Positions 1 to 11,100 of a stretch of 64,000 nt of DNA are shown here, piece after piece. How positions within the stretch are numbered: position 1 is the first letter of the stretch; each line of letters opens with the position of its first letter. This DNA comes from Mobula hypostoma (lineage: Eukaryota). Below the pieces are notes generated by a model. That model saw only the letters and a list, made by a program, of their open reading frames with translations. It was not told where the DNA came from and did not search any database. A program made the position numbers and the translations under genes. The DNA is taken from the NCBI RefSeq assembly GCF_963921235.1, contig NC_086108.1, positions 46,874,001 through 46,938,000 of the forward strand, in the 5' to 3' direction.

Positions 1-60
1 TAACACACACAAAAAATGCTGGTGAACACGGCAGGCCAGGCAGCATCTATAGGAAGAGGT

Positions 61-96
61 AGTCGACGTTTCGGGCCGAGACCCTTCATCAGGACA
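61..96 (-). ncRNA. Minimal hammerhead ribozyme motif (PLE-associated)
   Basis: Minus strand reads gtc-CTGATGA-a-gggtctcggccc-GAAAC-GTC-gac. Confidence 0.6.
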
Positions 97-334
97 AACT
101 GAAGGAAGAGATAGTAAGAGATTTGAAAGTGGGAGGGGGAGGGGGGAGATCCAAAATGATAGGAGAAGACAGGAGGGGGAGGGATGAAGCTAAAAGCTGG
201 ACAGTTGATTGGCAAAAGGGATACAAGGCTGGAGAAGGGAGAGGGTCATGGGATGGGAGGTCTAGGGAGAGAGAAAGGGGGAGGGGAGCCCAGAGAACGG
301 GCAAGGAGTTATAGTGAGAAGGACAGAGGGAGGA

Positions 335-369
335 GGATGGATGGATGGATGGATGGATGAATGAATGAT
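335..369 (+). repeat. (GGAT)n/(GAAT)n microsatellite
   Basis: ggatggatggatggatggatggatgaatgaatgat. Confidence 0.85.
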
Positions 370-726
370 GGGGTATATGCTATCAGGTTGGAGGCTACCC
401 AGACAGAATATAAGGTGTTGTTCCTCCAACCTGAGTGTGGCCTCATCTTGACAGTGGAGGAGGCCATGGACAGACGTATCAGAATGGGAATGGGATGTGG
501 AATTAAAATGTGTGGCCACTGGGAGATCCTGCTTTCTCTGGCGGACAGAGTGCAGGTGTTCAGCGAAACTTTCTCCCAGCCTACATTGGGTCTCCCCAAT
601 ATGTAGAATTGCTAGTTAAAAGCACTCTGGGATAGCTGAACTTTTTAATAAAGATATGTATATATATCTTTAAATATAAAAAACAGAGAGGGAACTACCT
701 TTATAGATTTATACATACTGGATATA

Positions 727-3700
727 CAGTGCATTTTGGCTAATAGGGCCAGATTAAATCAGGATAGCTGCTTATTTGGGACAACTCTTAAAGAACTAAT
801 TGGAAATAGCTCAAATTCCCTTTGCTTATTTTGGGTCACTATGCCACTTAATTGGGGCAGAAAACCATTGCCGAACAGTTTCTAACTAACACTAGAAACG
901 TTAGTTAGGATGAGGTCCTGAAGTGTGAGTTTCGGGAACTAGGCAGAAGGCTGAAGAACAGGACCTCAAGGCTGGCGTTCTCAGGATTGCTGCCAGTGCT
1001 ATGTGACAGTGATGGTAAGAATTGGAGGAGATGGCAGTTGAATGTGTGGCTGAGGAGTTGGTGCAGGGAGCAGGGTTTTAGATCTTTGGATCATTGGGAT
1101 CTCTTCTGGGGAAGGTGGGACCTGTACAGATTGGATGGGTTGCACCTGAACTCGAGGGGGAGCAATATCCTTGCAGGTAGTTTTGCTAGCATGATTCAGG
1201 AGGGTTTAACCTAATTTACGAGGGGGACGGGACCCAGAGCGATAGAGCTGTGGAAGAAGTGCATGGAGTAAAGCCAGATCTGACATATAGAGAGGGCTTG
1301 AGGAAAGAGAAGTAGAATAAAGGGTGTAAAGACAGTAAGGTAGAAGAGCTGAAATGTGTGTACCTCAATGCAAGAAGCATCAGAAACAAAGGTGATGAAC
1401 TGAGAGTTTGGATACATACATGGAATTATGATGTAGTGGCCATTACAGAGACTTGGCTGGCACCAGGGCAGGAATGGATTCTCAATATTCCTGGATTTCA
1501 GTGCTTTAAAAGGGATAGAGAGGGCGGAAAAAGGGGAGGAGGGGTGGCATTACTGGTCAGGGATACTATTACAGCTCCAGAAAGGATGGGTAATGTAGCA
1601 GGATCCTCTTTTGAGTCAATATGGGTGGAAGTCAGGAACAGGAAGGGAGCAGTTACTCTATTGGGGGTATTCTATAGGCCCCCTGGTAGCAGCAGAGATA
1701 CCGAGGAGCAGATTGGGAGGCAGATTTTGGAAAGGTGCAAAAATAACAGGGTTGTTATCATGGGTGACTTTAACATCCCTAATATTGATTGGCACCTGAT
1801 TAGTTCCAAGGGTTTAGATGGGGCAGAGTTTGCTAAGTGTGTCCAGGATGGATTCCTGTCACAGTATGTTGACAGGCCGACCAGGGAGAATGCCATACTA
1901 GATCTAGTACTAGGTAACGAACCGGGTCATCAGGTCTCAGATCTCTCTGTGGGTGAGCATCTGGGGGACAGTGACCATCGCTCCCTGGTCTTTAGTATTA
2001 TCATGGAAAAGGATAGAATCAGAGAGGACAGGAAAATTTTTAATTGGGGAATGGCAAATTATGAGGCTATAAGGCTAGAACCTGCAGATGTGAATTTGGA
2101 TGACGTTTTTGCAGGGAAATGTACTATGGACATGTGGTCATGTTTAGGGATCTCTTGCAGGATGTTAGGGATAAATTTGTTCCGGTGAGGAAGATAAAGA
2201 ATGGTAGGGTGAAGGAACCATGGGTGACAAGTAAGGTGGAGAATCTAGTCAGGTGGAAGAAGGCAGCATACATGAGGTTTAGGAAGCAAGGATCAGATGG
2301 GTCTATTAAGGAATATAGGGAAGCAAGAAAGGAGCTTAAGAAGAGGCTGAGGAGAGCAAGAAGGAGGCATGAGAAGGCCTTGGCGAGATGTGCCTGGAGG
2401 CTGTGGAAGTGAGTGAGGTCCTCAATGAATACTTCTCTTCAGTATTCACCAATGAGAGGGAACTTGATGACAGTGAGGACAATATGAGTGAAGTTGATGT
2501 TCTGGAGCATGTTGATATTAAGGCAGAGGAGGTGTTGGAGTTGTTAAAATACATTTGGATGGATAAGACCCCGGGGCCTGATGGAATATTCTCCAGGCTG
2601 CTCCACAAGGTGAGGGAAGAGATTGCTGAGCCTCTGGTTAGGATCTTTATGTCCTCGTTGTCCACGGGAATGGTACTGGAGGATTGGAGGGAGGCAAATG
2701 TTGTCCCCTTGTTCAAAAAAGATAGTAGGGATAGTCCGGGTAATTATAGACCAGTGAGCCTTACGTCTGTGGTGGGAAAGCTGTTGGAAAAGATTCTTAG
2801 AGATAGGATCCATGGGCATTTGGAGAATCATGGTCTGATCAGGGACAGTCAGCATGGCTTTGTGAAGGGCACATCGTGTCTAACAAGACTGCTAAGAGTT
2901 CTTTGAGGAGGTGACCAGGCATATAGAGGAGGGTAGTGCAGTGGATGTGATCTACATGGATTTTAGTAAGGCATTTGACAAGGTTCCACACGATAGGCTT
3001 ATTCAGAAAGTCAGAAGGCATGGGATCCAGGGAAGTTTGGCCGGGTGGATTGAGAATTGGCTTGCCTGCAGAAGGCAGAGGGTCGTGGTGGAGGGAGTAC
3101 ATTCAGATTGGAGGGTTCTGACTAGTGGTGTCCCACAAGGATCTGTTCTGGGACCTCTTTTTGTGATTTTTATTGACAACCTGGATGTGGGGGTAGAAGG
3201 GTGGGTTGGCAAGTTTGCAGATGACACAAAGGTTGGTGGTGTTGTAGATAGTGTAGAGGATTGTCAAAGATTGCAGAGAGACATTGATAGGATGCAGAAG
3301 TGGGCTGAGAAGTGGCAGATGGAGTTCAACCCAGAGAAGTGTGAGGTGGTACACTTTGGAAGGACAAGCTCCAAGGCAGAGTACAAAGTAAATGGCAGGA
3401 TACTTGGTAGTGTGGAGGAGCAGACGGATCTGGGGGTACATGTCCACAGATCCCTGAATGTTGCCTCAGAGGTAGACAGGGTAGTTAAGAAAAGTTATGG
3501 GATGTTGGCTTTCGTAAGTCGAGGGATAGAGTTTAAGAGTCACGATGTAATGATGCAGCTCTATAAAACTCTGGTTAGGCCACACTTGGAGTACTGTGTC
3601 CAGTTCTGGTCACCTTACTATATGAAGGATGTGGAAGCATTGGAAAGGGTACAGAGGAGATTTACCAGGATGCTGCCTGGTTTAGACAGTAGCATTATGA

Positions 3701-4720
3701 TCAGAGATTAAGGGACCTAGGGCTTCACTCTTTGGAGAGGAGGAGGATGAGAGGAGACATGATAGAGTTGTACAAGATAATAAGAGGAATAGATAGAGTG
3801 GATAGCCAGCGCCTCTTCCCCAGGGCACCACTGCTCAATACAAGAGGACATGGCTTTAAGCTAAGGGGTGGGAAGTTCAAGGGGGATATTAGAGGAAAGT
3901 TTTTTTACTCAGAGTGGTTGGTGCGTGGAATGCACTGCCTGAGTCAGTGGTGGAGGCAGATACACTAGTGAAGTTTAAGAGACTACTAGACAGGTATATA
4001 GAGGAATTTAAGGTGGGGGGTTATATGGGAGGCAAGGTTTGAGGGTCGGCACAACATTGTGGGCCAAAGGGCCTGTAATGTGCTGTACCATTCTAACGTC
4101 AGACATGTGCTCCCTTGTGGATGGAAGACTACACTGTGCTTAGAGCAAAGTGTTTTTAAATAATGCTTGTTGAGTGTGCTTGTATTTAAAAAGTTGTCAT
4201 CGAAAGTTCGCAAGAAATAAGCAGCAAGGCAACTTGGAACTGTTTTTCTTACTGGTTTTAAGCATTCATGCTTTGAGATGACAGAAATGGCCATGAGTGA
4301 AAATCTTGTGACTTCACTACTTCAAAAAGTTAGGAACTACAAAGAATTAGAAGGTATTGCCAATCATCTTGAAGGTTACAATTAAAGAAATGAGGATGCA
4401 ATCATCGATAGCATTGTAATGAAAGCAGTATTATCTACGAAGTGTCTCCGCTGATTTTTGTTCATTTATAGTCAAAAGAGCGCAGGTGAATTCCTCTGTT
4501 GATAGCTTTGAGGAATATATTTTAATAGCACTGTAGAATTGTTAGTGTTCCAATTTTGTATTTCAATTAAATACACAATCTGTTACCCAGTTAAATAGCA
4601 ACTTGTGTTTTTCTTTAATACACCTTTTTGACTATTTTCATAAGACCGTGTCATTGAGGCAACCACTTAATTGGGGCGAACTATACTAGTCCCAATGTGT
4701 CCCAATGAAGCAGAATCCAC
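727..4720. mobile_element. Non-autonomous Tigger/pogo-like DNA transposon (arms 727-~894 and ~4096-4720), split by a CR1
   Basis: TA|CAGTG left terminus; repeated (A/T)ATTGGG subterminal motifs; the right end is the reverse complement of the start of the element at 53701. Confidence 0.6.
895..4095 (+). mobile_element. CR1 LINE, 5'-truncated and decayed: end of ORF1 esterase plus ORF2 (APE endonuclease and RT)
   Basis: DGLHLN (ORF 987); YLNARSI...TETWL...GDFN...SDH (ORF 1358); NYRPVSLTS (ORF 2388); [10 protein letters not shown]...[10 protein letters not shown]...FADD (ORF 2911); frameshifts and an internal deletion near 2388. Confidence 0.95.
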
Positions 4721-5008
4721 ATCCAATGTATCAAAATTTCAATTGTTAAGAGAACAATGGAATCCATCCCAATGGTGAAACCCAAGACCAAAAGACAAAG
4801 TCACTAAACATGTTCAATAATTAAACAATGCTATTGCTGAATACGAATCTTTTTTTGCAATGTGGTATTTGGAATCATACATGTGTACATTAAATATATA
4901 CACACACAATAAACTTGGCAAAATATCAGAGTGAAGACCCTTCAAAGCAGTCTGCACCAATTACATAATCCATGGTGCAACACAGAAAACAGTGGCCTAT
5001 TTTAACTG

Positions 5009-8000
5009 TTTATTATACTATATCAGTAAAGAAAAAATACTCACTACATTTGAAATAGTTATCAGATTAGAATATTGTAGTCACAATGCACAAAACCCAT
5101 TCTCCACCAGAATTGTGCCATCCTCCAGCAGGCAGCATTATGTCAAAATTCTCTTCAACAAAAAGGTGATAGTTTGCAGATGCAAACCATCAAGGTAACT
5201 GAAATTAAATTTGGTGGTTCATGTCTATGAGTTTTATTTACATTTTAATCAAATACTTCAAAAGGGGCTTTACTCTGACATTTCCAATTCACTTAATGGA
5301 CACTCCAAAAATACTCTGCACCCATTTTAAATAGACATCTGGATAAACACAGTGATGGAATATGATAGATTTCTAATCTGCACTTTTGAATCTCTGGGAG
5401 CACATACTGCTTTTCTAAATATTGTCCCCATCGAGATTACTGCACTTTAAAACAGTTTTCACTAAAGTTGTATGATGATACGTTAATTGCAAGATTTTGA
5501 AACAAGTATTTTGAAAAAGATTTTGAAAGTGCTTTTGAAACGGATTAATTTTGGGGGGCAAGAATTGGATCCTGGATTTAAACAAATATCAGTTTGAAAA
5601 ATTTTGCTTGCTGCTATGTCCAAATCTGGCCTTGCTACAAATAGTTTCCTTGGCCAGGGATATCAAATTAATATGTCCTCATATTAAATTCTCAGTAAGT
5701 GTTTAAAACATGGTGCACAATCATAATTTTGGACACTACATTGGCTTCAACCTGAATATCAAATTCCATGTTTTCAGAATGAATACATCACTTGAAGCAG
5801 TATTAGTTCCAGGTACCAGTCCCGAAGCCATTCAGTATCCCAATGACAATTAAAAATCTGAGCACTCTGAAAGAATAAGTTATAAATCTGGCGGCACTAA
5901 ACAAAGATCACCTGACCTAGGGGCGGTATGAGGGATTATAGTACAGGCCTGTAAAAACAAATTTAAGATCAAGGTCAAATTCAAGATCAATTCAAGGATA
6001 CACAGGAAGAAAAACATTTTGGCACAGGATTATTTTCCAGTGCAGAATGCTTGTGCAAATCCACCAGTAAACAAAGTGAACTAGGGAGTACTTTGGAATT
6101 AAACAAAATTAATCAGCATTGCCTGTACCTTAATCTGCAATGGGAAGTCTATTCCATACTCAGCCAACAGAATAAGCAAAAAAAGTTTAGATATAAATTA
6201 GACTCCTAGCCAACCTTACAAATAAAAGGATTTTATTTAAATAGTTGCTTGCATTCCTACCCCCACCCCTGTGGAAATCTTTAGACTGACAGGTACCTTC
6301 AGTAATTTTGAATCTTAGTCAAGGATTTTTCCATAATACTGGTAAGGACAGCTTGGTCTGGCATCTAATTGAACAAGGTAATACAAAATCCTGCAGTGCA
6401 ACTACATCCCATTTAGTTCCACATCTTGGAAAAAATATATAACATTTTACTAACATAAGGCAGTGTTCAAAGGTTATTTCCCAAGATAGGATGAGGGAAT
6501 TCCATTTACATTAGCAATCACCTGGATAAGTTAGTAAAATGTTAAGAGGAAAGACCTCAAAATTCAAACCTTTTTCTGGGCTATATTGTCTTGTGCTAAG
6601 TAATGGTAATGTTGGCTTATGAAACACTCTTTACAGAAGAGTGAAAAGATTAGGGAGTTCAATTTATTATGCTTCCAATCCAATAATTCAATTAACAGAA
6701 CAAAGTACAGAAGTACAATAAAATGCATACAAAAATGTTTCTTATAATAAACAGCCACCATTATCTCTTAGCTCTCAACTCAAATGAAGTACTTTCTTGA
6801 TCCAACTTAATGGCAGGGTTTTCGGTTCAATTTCTGGATTCATAACCAAAACTTAATGCACAATGTACTAAGATCTTAACTTCATCCAACCGCACAGTGA
6901 TTTAAACAATACTGCAACTTGCTACACTAGATTCAGGATACTTTTGTTCTATCAACTGAACAAACAGACAGGATTTTGGAACTTTAAATACACAGATTTA
7001 AGACAGAATACATTTTTTCAAAATTAATTTTGCTGTTGACAATAGTTTTCCTTCATATTAATAAGTTCAATAATTACCATCCCAGGGTGAAAACCCACGA
7101 GTGCAGAAACAGAGCATACAGCCAATTGCTGCTAGGGTCATCATGAGAAGAATACTCAAAGTTTATTTACGATCAATCTCATTTTAAAATATTTTGCTTA
7201 GTCAACAGTGAAATTATTAACCCACACCTTCAGTACATCCTGTTTCCCATCCATTTGTATTTGAAATCTATCAAAGTGAATCTAGCACAGTAAGCAAATG
7301 TGTATAACCGAGATGAGAAAGGTCCCACTTTCATTCCCAGTTTCCTGGACTGGAATGTCATTGAGAACAGTTTAATTGGATATGACACAAAGGGTAGGGT
7401 GGAGAAACATTTGTTCAGGAGGTCTGAGCAGAATAGTTTTAAACAAAAATAGAATTTGCTGGAAATACTCAGCAAAGTCACTGGCTCAAAATGTTAGCAG
7501 CTTCTCTCCATGTGAGCTGCTAATCAAAGTAGAAACATATCAATAGGAATGCTGGCCTCAAATCTGACTGTCATCTTTGTGGCACAAAATGAATTACAGT
7601 GCTAAACAACATTTAATCTTCAAGTTGCACTGTTGCATTGAACTGTAAAATGATACACACCTCTACACTTATTTGTGCATGTATATTTGCTCATAACATG
7701 TAAACCTTCAAGTTCAACTTTATCTTCGTTTTGTACGGCTGGTGGGGACAATATGAGGGGAAGGAGAAGTAATTTTAAAAACCTTTACGTCCCTCTTCAG
7801 TGTTTTCTTTTTGGCATTCCTCCCACCTCCAAACAGAGAAGTCGGATACTTAATACAGTGTATGTAGCACTAAATTGGTATTCGTCCTGTGATTAATGTT
7901 TTAGAAAAATATCCAACTTTATGACCAAAACCCAAGACAGAACAAGAAGCAGGCACTATCCGGTGAAAGAAAAACATTCATTTGGTTTATGAAAAGTGCT

Positions 8001-8061
8001 GCCACAATCTGAAGAAATGTTCCCAGTTTTCTGTAGATTCAAGGACATTAGCTTCTTTCCA
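5009..8061 (-). other. Probable SOAT1 3' UTR (end uncertain)
   Basis: About 3 kb of AT-rich sequence with no recognisable TE after the stop; minus-strand AATAAA (plus-strand tttatt) near 7162, 6663, 6232, 5233 and 5009. Confidence 0.5.
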
Positions 8062-8118
8062 TTACGAGTTTAAGCGGCAAGTCCAAGACCGGGGTTTCAA
8101 CAAATCCAAGAAGGATGG
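8062..8118 (-). CDS. SOAT1: SOAT1 terminal coding exon ([18 protein letters not shown])
   Basis: 57 nt after a poly-C pyrimidine tract and cag; TAA at 8064-8062; matches human PTFLDYVRPRSWTC. Confidence 0.94.
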   Translation of the reverse strand, partial: PSFLDLLKPRSWTCRLNS

Positions 8119-11100
8119 CTGGGGGGGGGGGAGAAAATATTTTCAAATGATCTCACGTTATTAACAAAATCTCAGCAAATGAGACACAAGTAAAAGTCAC
8201 CAAGACTGTGACGGTATTTCTAATTAAGTATAAGCATTCCATTGGCAAAATTTGATTGTGAGATTTATATTATAATTTCCCCTACAGACAAAAATCCAGT
8301 CAAATGAAAGGCAGCTTACTGGAATCCACCGCTCAACTCAAAATCATGATTATTCTCAGAATAATGCCTAACTTTCAGAATAAACTCAACGTTCATTTCC
8401 ACATATGGACTTACATTTGTAAGGGGACAGTGCTGCTGGGCATACCACTCCTGAGAATACAGACATACCAACATGCCCTGCCCCAGGAACAGCGAAGTCC
8501 ACATCACCACGTTCCAAACAGGTCCTTTCCGACGGTCATGCAAGACGAAATTGAAAGCCACTACAAAACAAATGTTTACAAGTCAATCATTTAGAGTTAA
8601 TTGAAACAATGAGTTACTGATTTTACCAAACAAGCTATTGGCTACCTGAATAGCAAATAAAACATCTGTTTAAAAAAGCCTAATGTGAATGCTGGCCAAT
8701 CCATGTGTATTTTTACTTCTTACTGAAAGATTGAAGAGCACATCACAAGAAAATGAATGAGCAGAGTGAAGTAATTTTTAAATTGAGGGGGTACAGGTTC
8801 AAAAATAATTCAATATCATTAGCAACAAAACATTTAAAATGACAGGCAACTTCAAAATCATCAGATTGGAGGAGCAAGACCTTATTCCATCTGGATAGTC
8901 TCCAACCTGACAACATGAATATAGATCTCTCTAACCTATAATATTCACTTTACCTTTATCCCTCCCCTTTCCCATTCTAGCGGCTCTCATCCCTTTCCTC
9001 CTTCCCACCCTCACGACTTGTCCATCACCTCCCTCTGCTTCCCCACTTCTTTCCCTTTATTCCATGGTCCACTATCCTCGCCTACCAGATTCCATCTTCA
9101 GCTGTTTACCTCTTCCACCCATCACATCCCAGGTTCTCACATCGTTCCCCTCCTCAACCACCTTCCTCCTCACCTAGTCTTATCCATCAACTTCCAGCTC
9201 GTACTCTGCCTTCCATTCCCCTTCCTTTCCAGTCCTGAAGGATCTTGGCCAAAAGTATTGACTGTTTCCCTCCATAAATGCTGCCTGGCCTGCTGAGTTC
9301 CTCCAGCACTATGTGCTACTCACAATCCTCTTTAACCTACTGTGAAGCTAGTACATAGATAAATAGGCAAGCGAAATGCACAGATAATACATTCAAAGGT
9401 CAGCTGGCACAGTCTGAGTAGATTCCTTTGTTCTAAATGTCCATGTTCTGCGAATTAAGAAAGCAAAGTTTCTTTTTATAGCTGAGTGAGTCAATGGAAT
9501 TAATGCACATTCCAGCATGGAACTCTGCTATGAAACTTTTGCTGGTCATTTGAGTAGAAGTATCTGACCTTAAAGTAGCTCTGGTAAAGGTGCAAAAATT
9601 ACTTATGGATAAACCAACAGATAATTTTTTTAAAAAACGCAAACACGAGGAAATCTGCAGATGCTGGAAATTCAAGCAACACACATAAAAGTTGCTGGTG
9701 AACGCAGCAGGCCAGGCAGCATCTCTAGGAAGAGGTACAGTCGACGTTTCGGGCCGAGACCCTTCGTCAGGACTAACTGAAGGAAGAGCCAGTAAGAGAT
9801 TTGAAAGTGGGAGGGGGAGGGGGAGATCCAAAATGACAGGAGAAGACAGGAGGGGAAGGGATAGAGCCAAGAGCTGGACAGGTGATTGGCAAAAGGGATA
9901 TGAGAGGATCATGGGACAGGAGGCCTAGGGAGAAAGAAAAGGGGGAGGGGGGAGAGAAACCCAGAGGATGGGCAAGGGGTATAGTGACAGGGACAGAGGG
10001 AGAAAAAGGAGAGAGAGAGAAAAAAATCACTCCATCCTCCCACCACCCCACTAGGAATAGGGTTCCCCTTGTCCTCACCCACCACCCTAACCAGCCTCCG
10101 GGTCCAACATGTTATTCTCCGTAACTTCTGCCACCTCCAACAGGATCCCACCACTAAACACATCTTTCCCTCACCTCCCTCTCTGCTTTCCGCAGGGATC
10201 GCTCCCCACACGACTCCCTTGTCCATTCGCCCCCCCCACCCCCCTTCCCTCCCCACTGATCTCCCTCCTGGCAATTATCCTTGTAAGCGGAACAAGTGCT
10301 ACACATGCCCTCATACTTCCTCCCTTAACACCATTCAGGGCCCCAGACGTCCTTCCAGGTGAGGCGACACTTCACCTGTGAGTCGGCTGGGGTGATATAC
10401 TGCGTCCGGTGCTCCCGATGTGGCCTTTTATATATTGGCGAGACCCGGTGCAGACTGGGAGATCGTTTCGCTGAACACCTACGCTCTGTCCGCCAGAGAA
10501 AGCAGGATCTCCCAGTGGCCACACATTTTAATTCCACATCCCATTCCCACTCTGACATGCCTATCCACAGCCTCCTCTACTGTAAAGATGAAGCCACACT
10601 CAGGCTGGAGGAACAACACTTTATATTCCGTCTGGGTAGCCTCCAACCTGATGGCATGAACATTGATTTCTCAAACTTCCACTAATGCCCCACCTCCCCC
10701 TCGTACCCCCTCTGTTATTTATTTATATACACACATTCTTTTTCTCTCTCTCTCTCTCTCTTTTTCTCCCCCTCCCCCTCTCAAATCTCTTACTAGCTCT
10801 TCTTTCAGTTAGTCCTGACGAAAGGTCTCGGCCCCAAACGTCAACTGTTTCTCTTCCTGGAGATGCTGCCTGGCCTGCTGCGTTCACCAGCAACTTTTAT
10901 GTGTGTTGCAGATAATTTTTTTGATGATAATTCCAAACCTTGGGAAGTGATTATGGTGGTGGGTGGTGGGGGAGGCACTGGGGAACAGAGGAAGGGGGAA
11001 CTTGTAAGAAATGCAAGTTCTCACAATGACGTGGTGCAATTGCCATACTTAATGACATAGGTGAACACTTACTGAAGCGAAAGCCAAAAATTAAAATGTA

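Larger units (their letters stand above)
1..600 (-). mobile_element. Penelope-like element (Neptune type), 3' fragment: GIY-YIG end plus hammerhead tail
   Basis: ORF 262..519 reads [13 protein letters not shown]...[18 protein letters not shown]; the tail matches the other copies in the window. Confidence 0.88.

Noticed and set aside
10359..10685. GIY-YIG ORF as a bacterial UvrC/homing endonuclease or horizontal transfer
   Set aside because: Preceded by a PLE Cys linker (and RT thumb in the 22695 copy) and multicopy in the window; standard Penelope endonuclease
10811..10847. Active hammerhead
   Set aside because: GAAA box mutated to CAAA (G12 lost); copies at ~9230, ~24925 and ~38490 are also core-mutated
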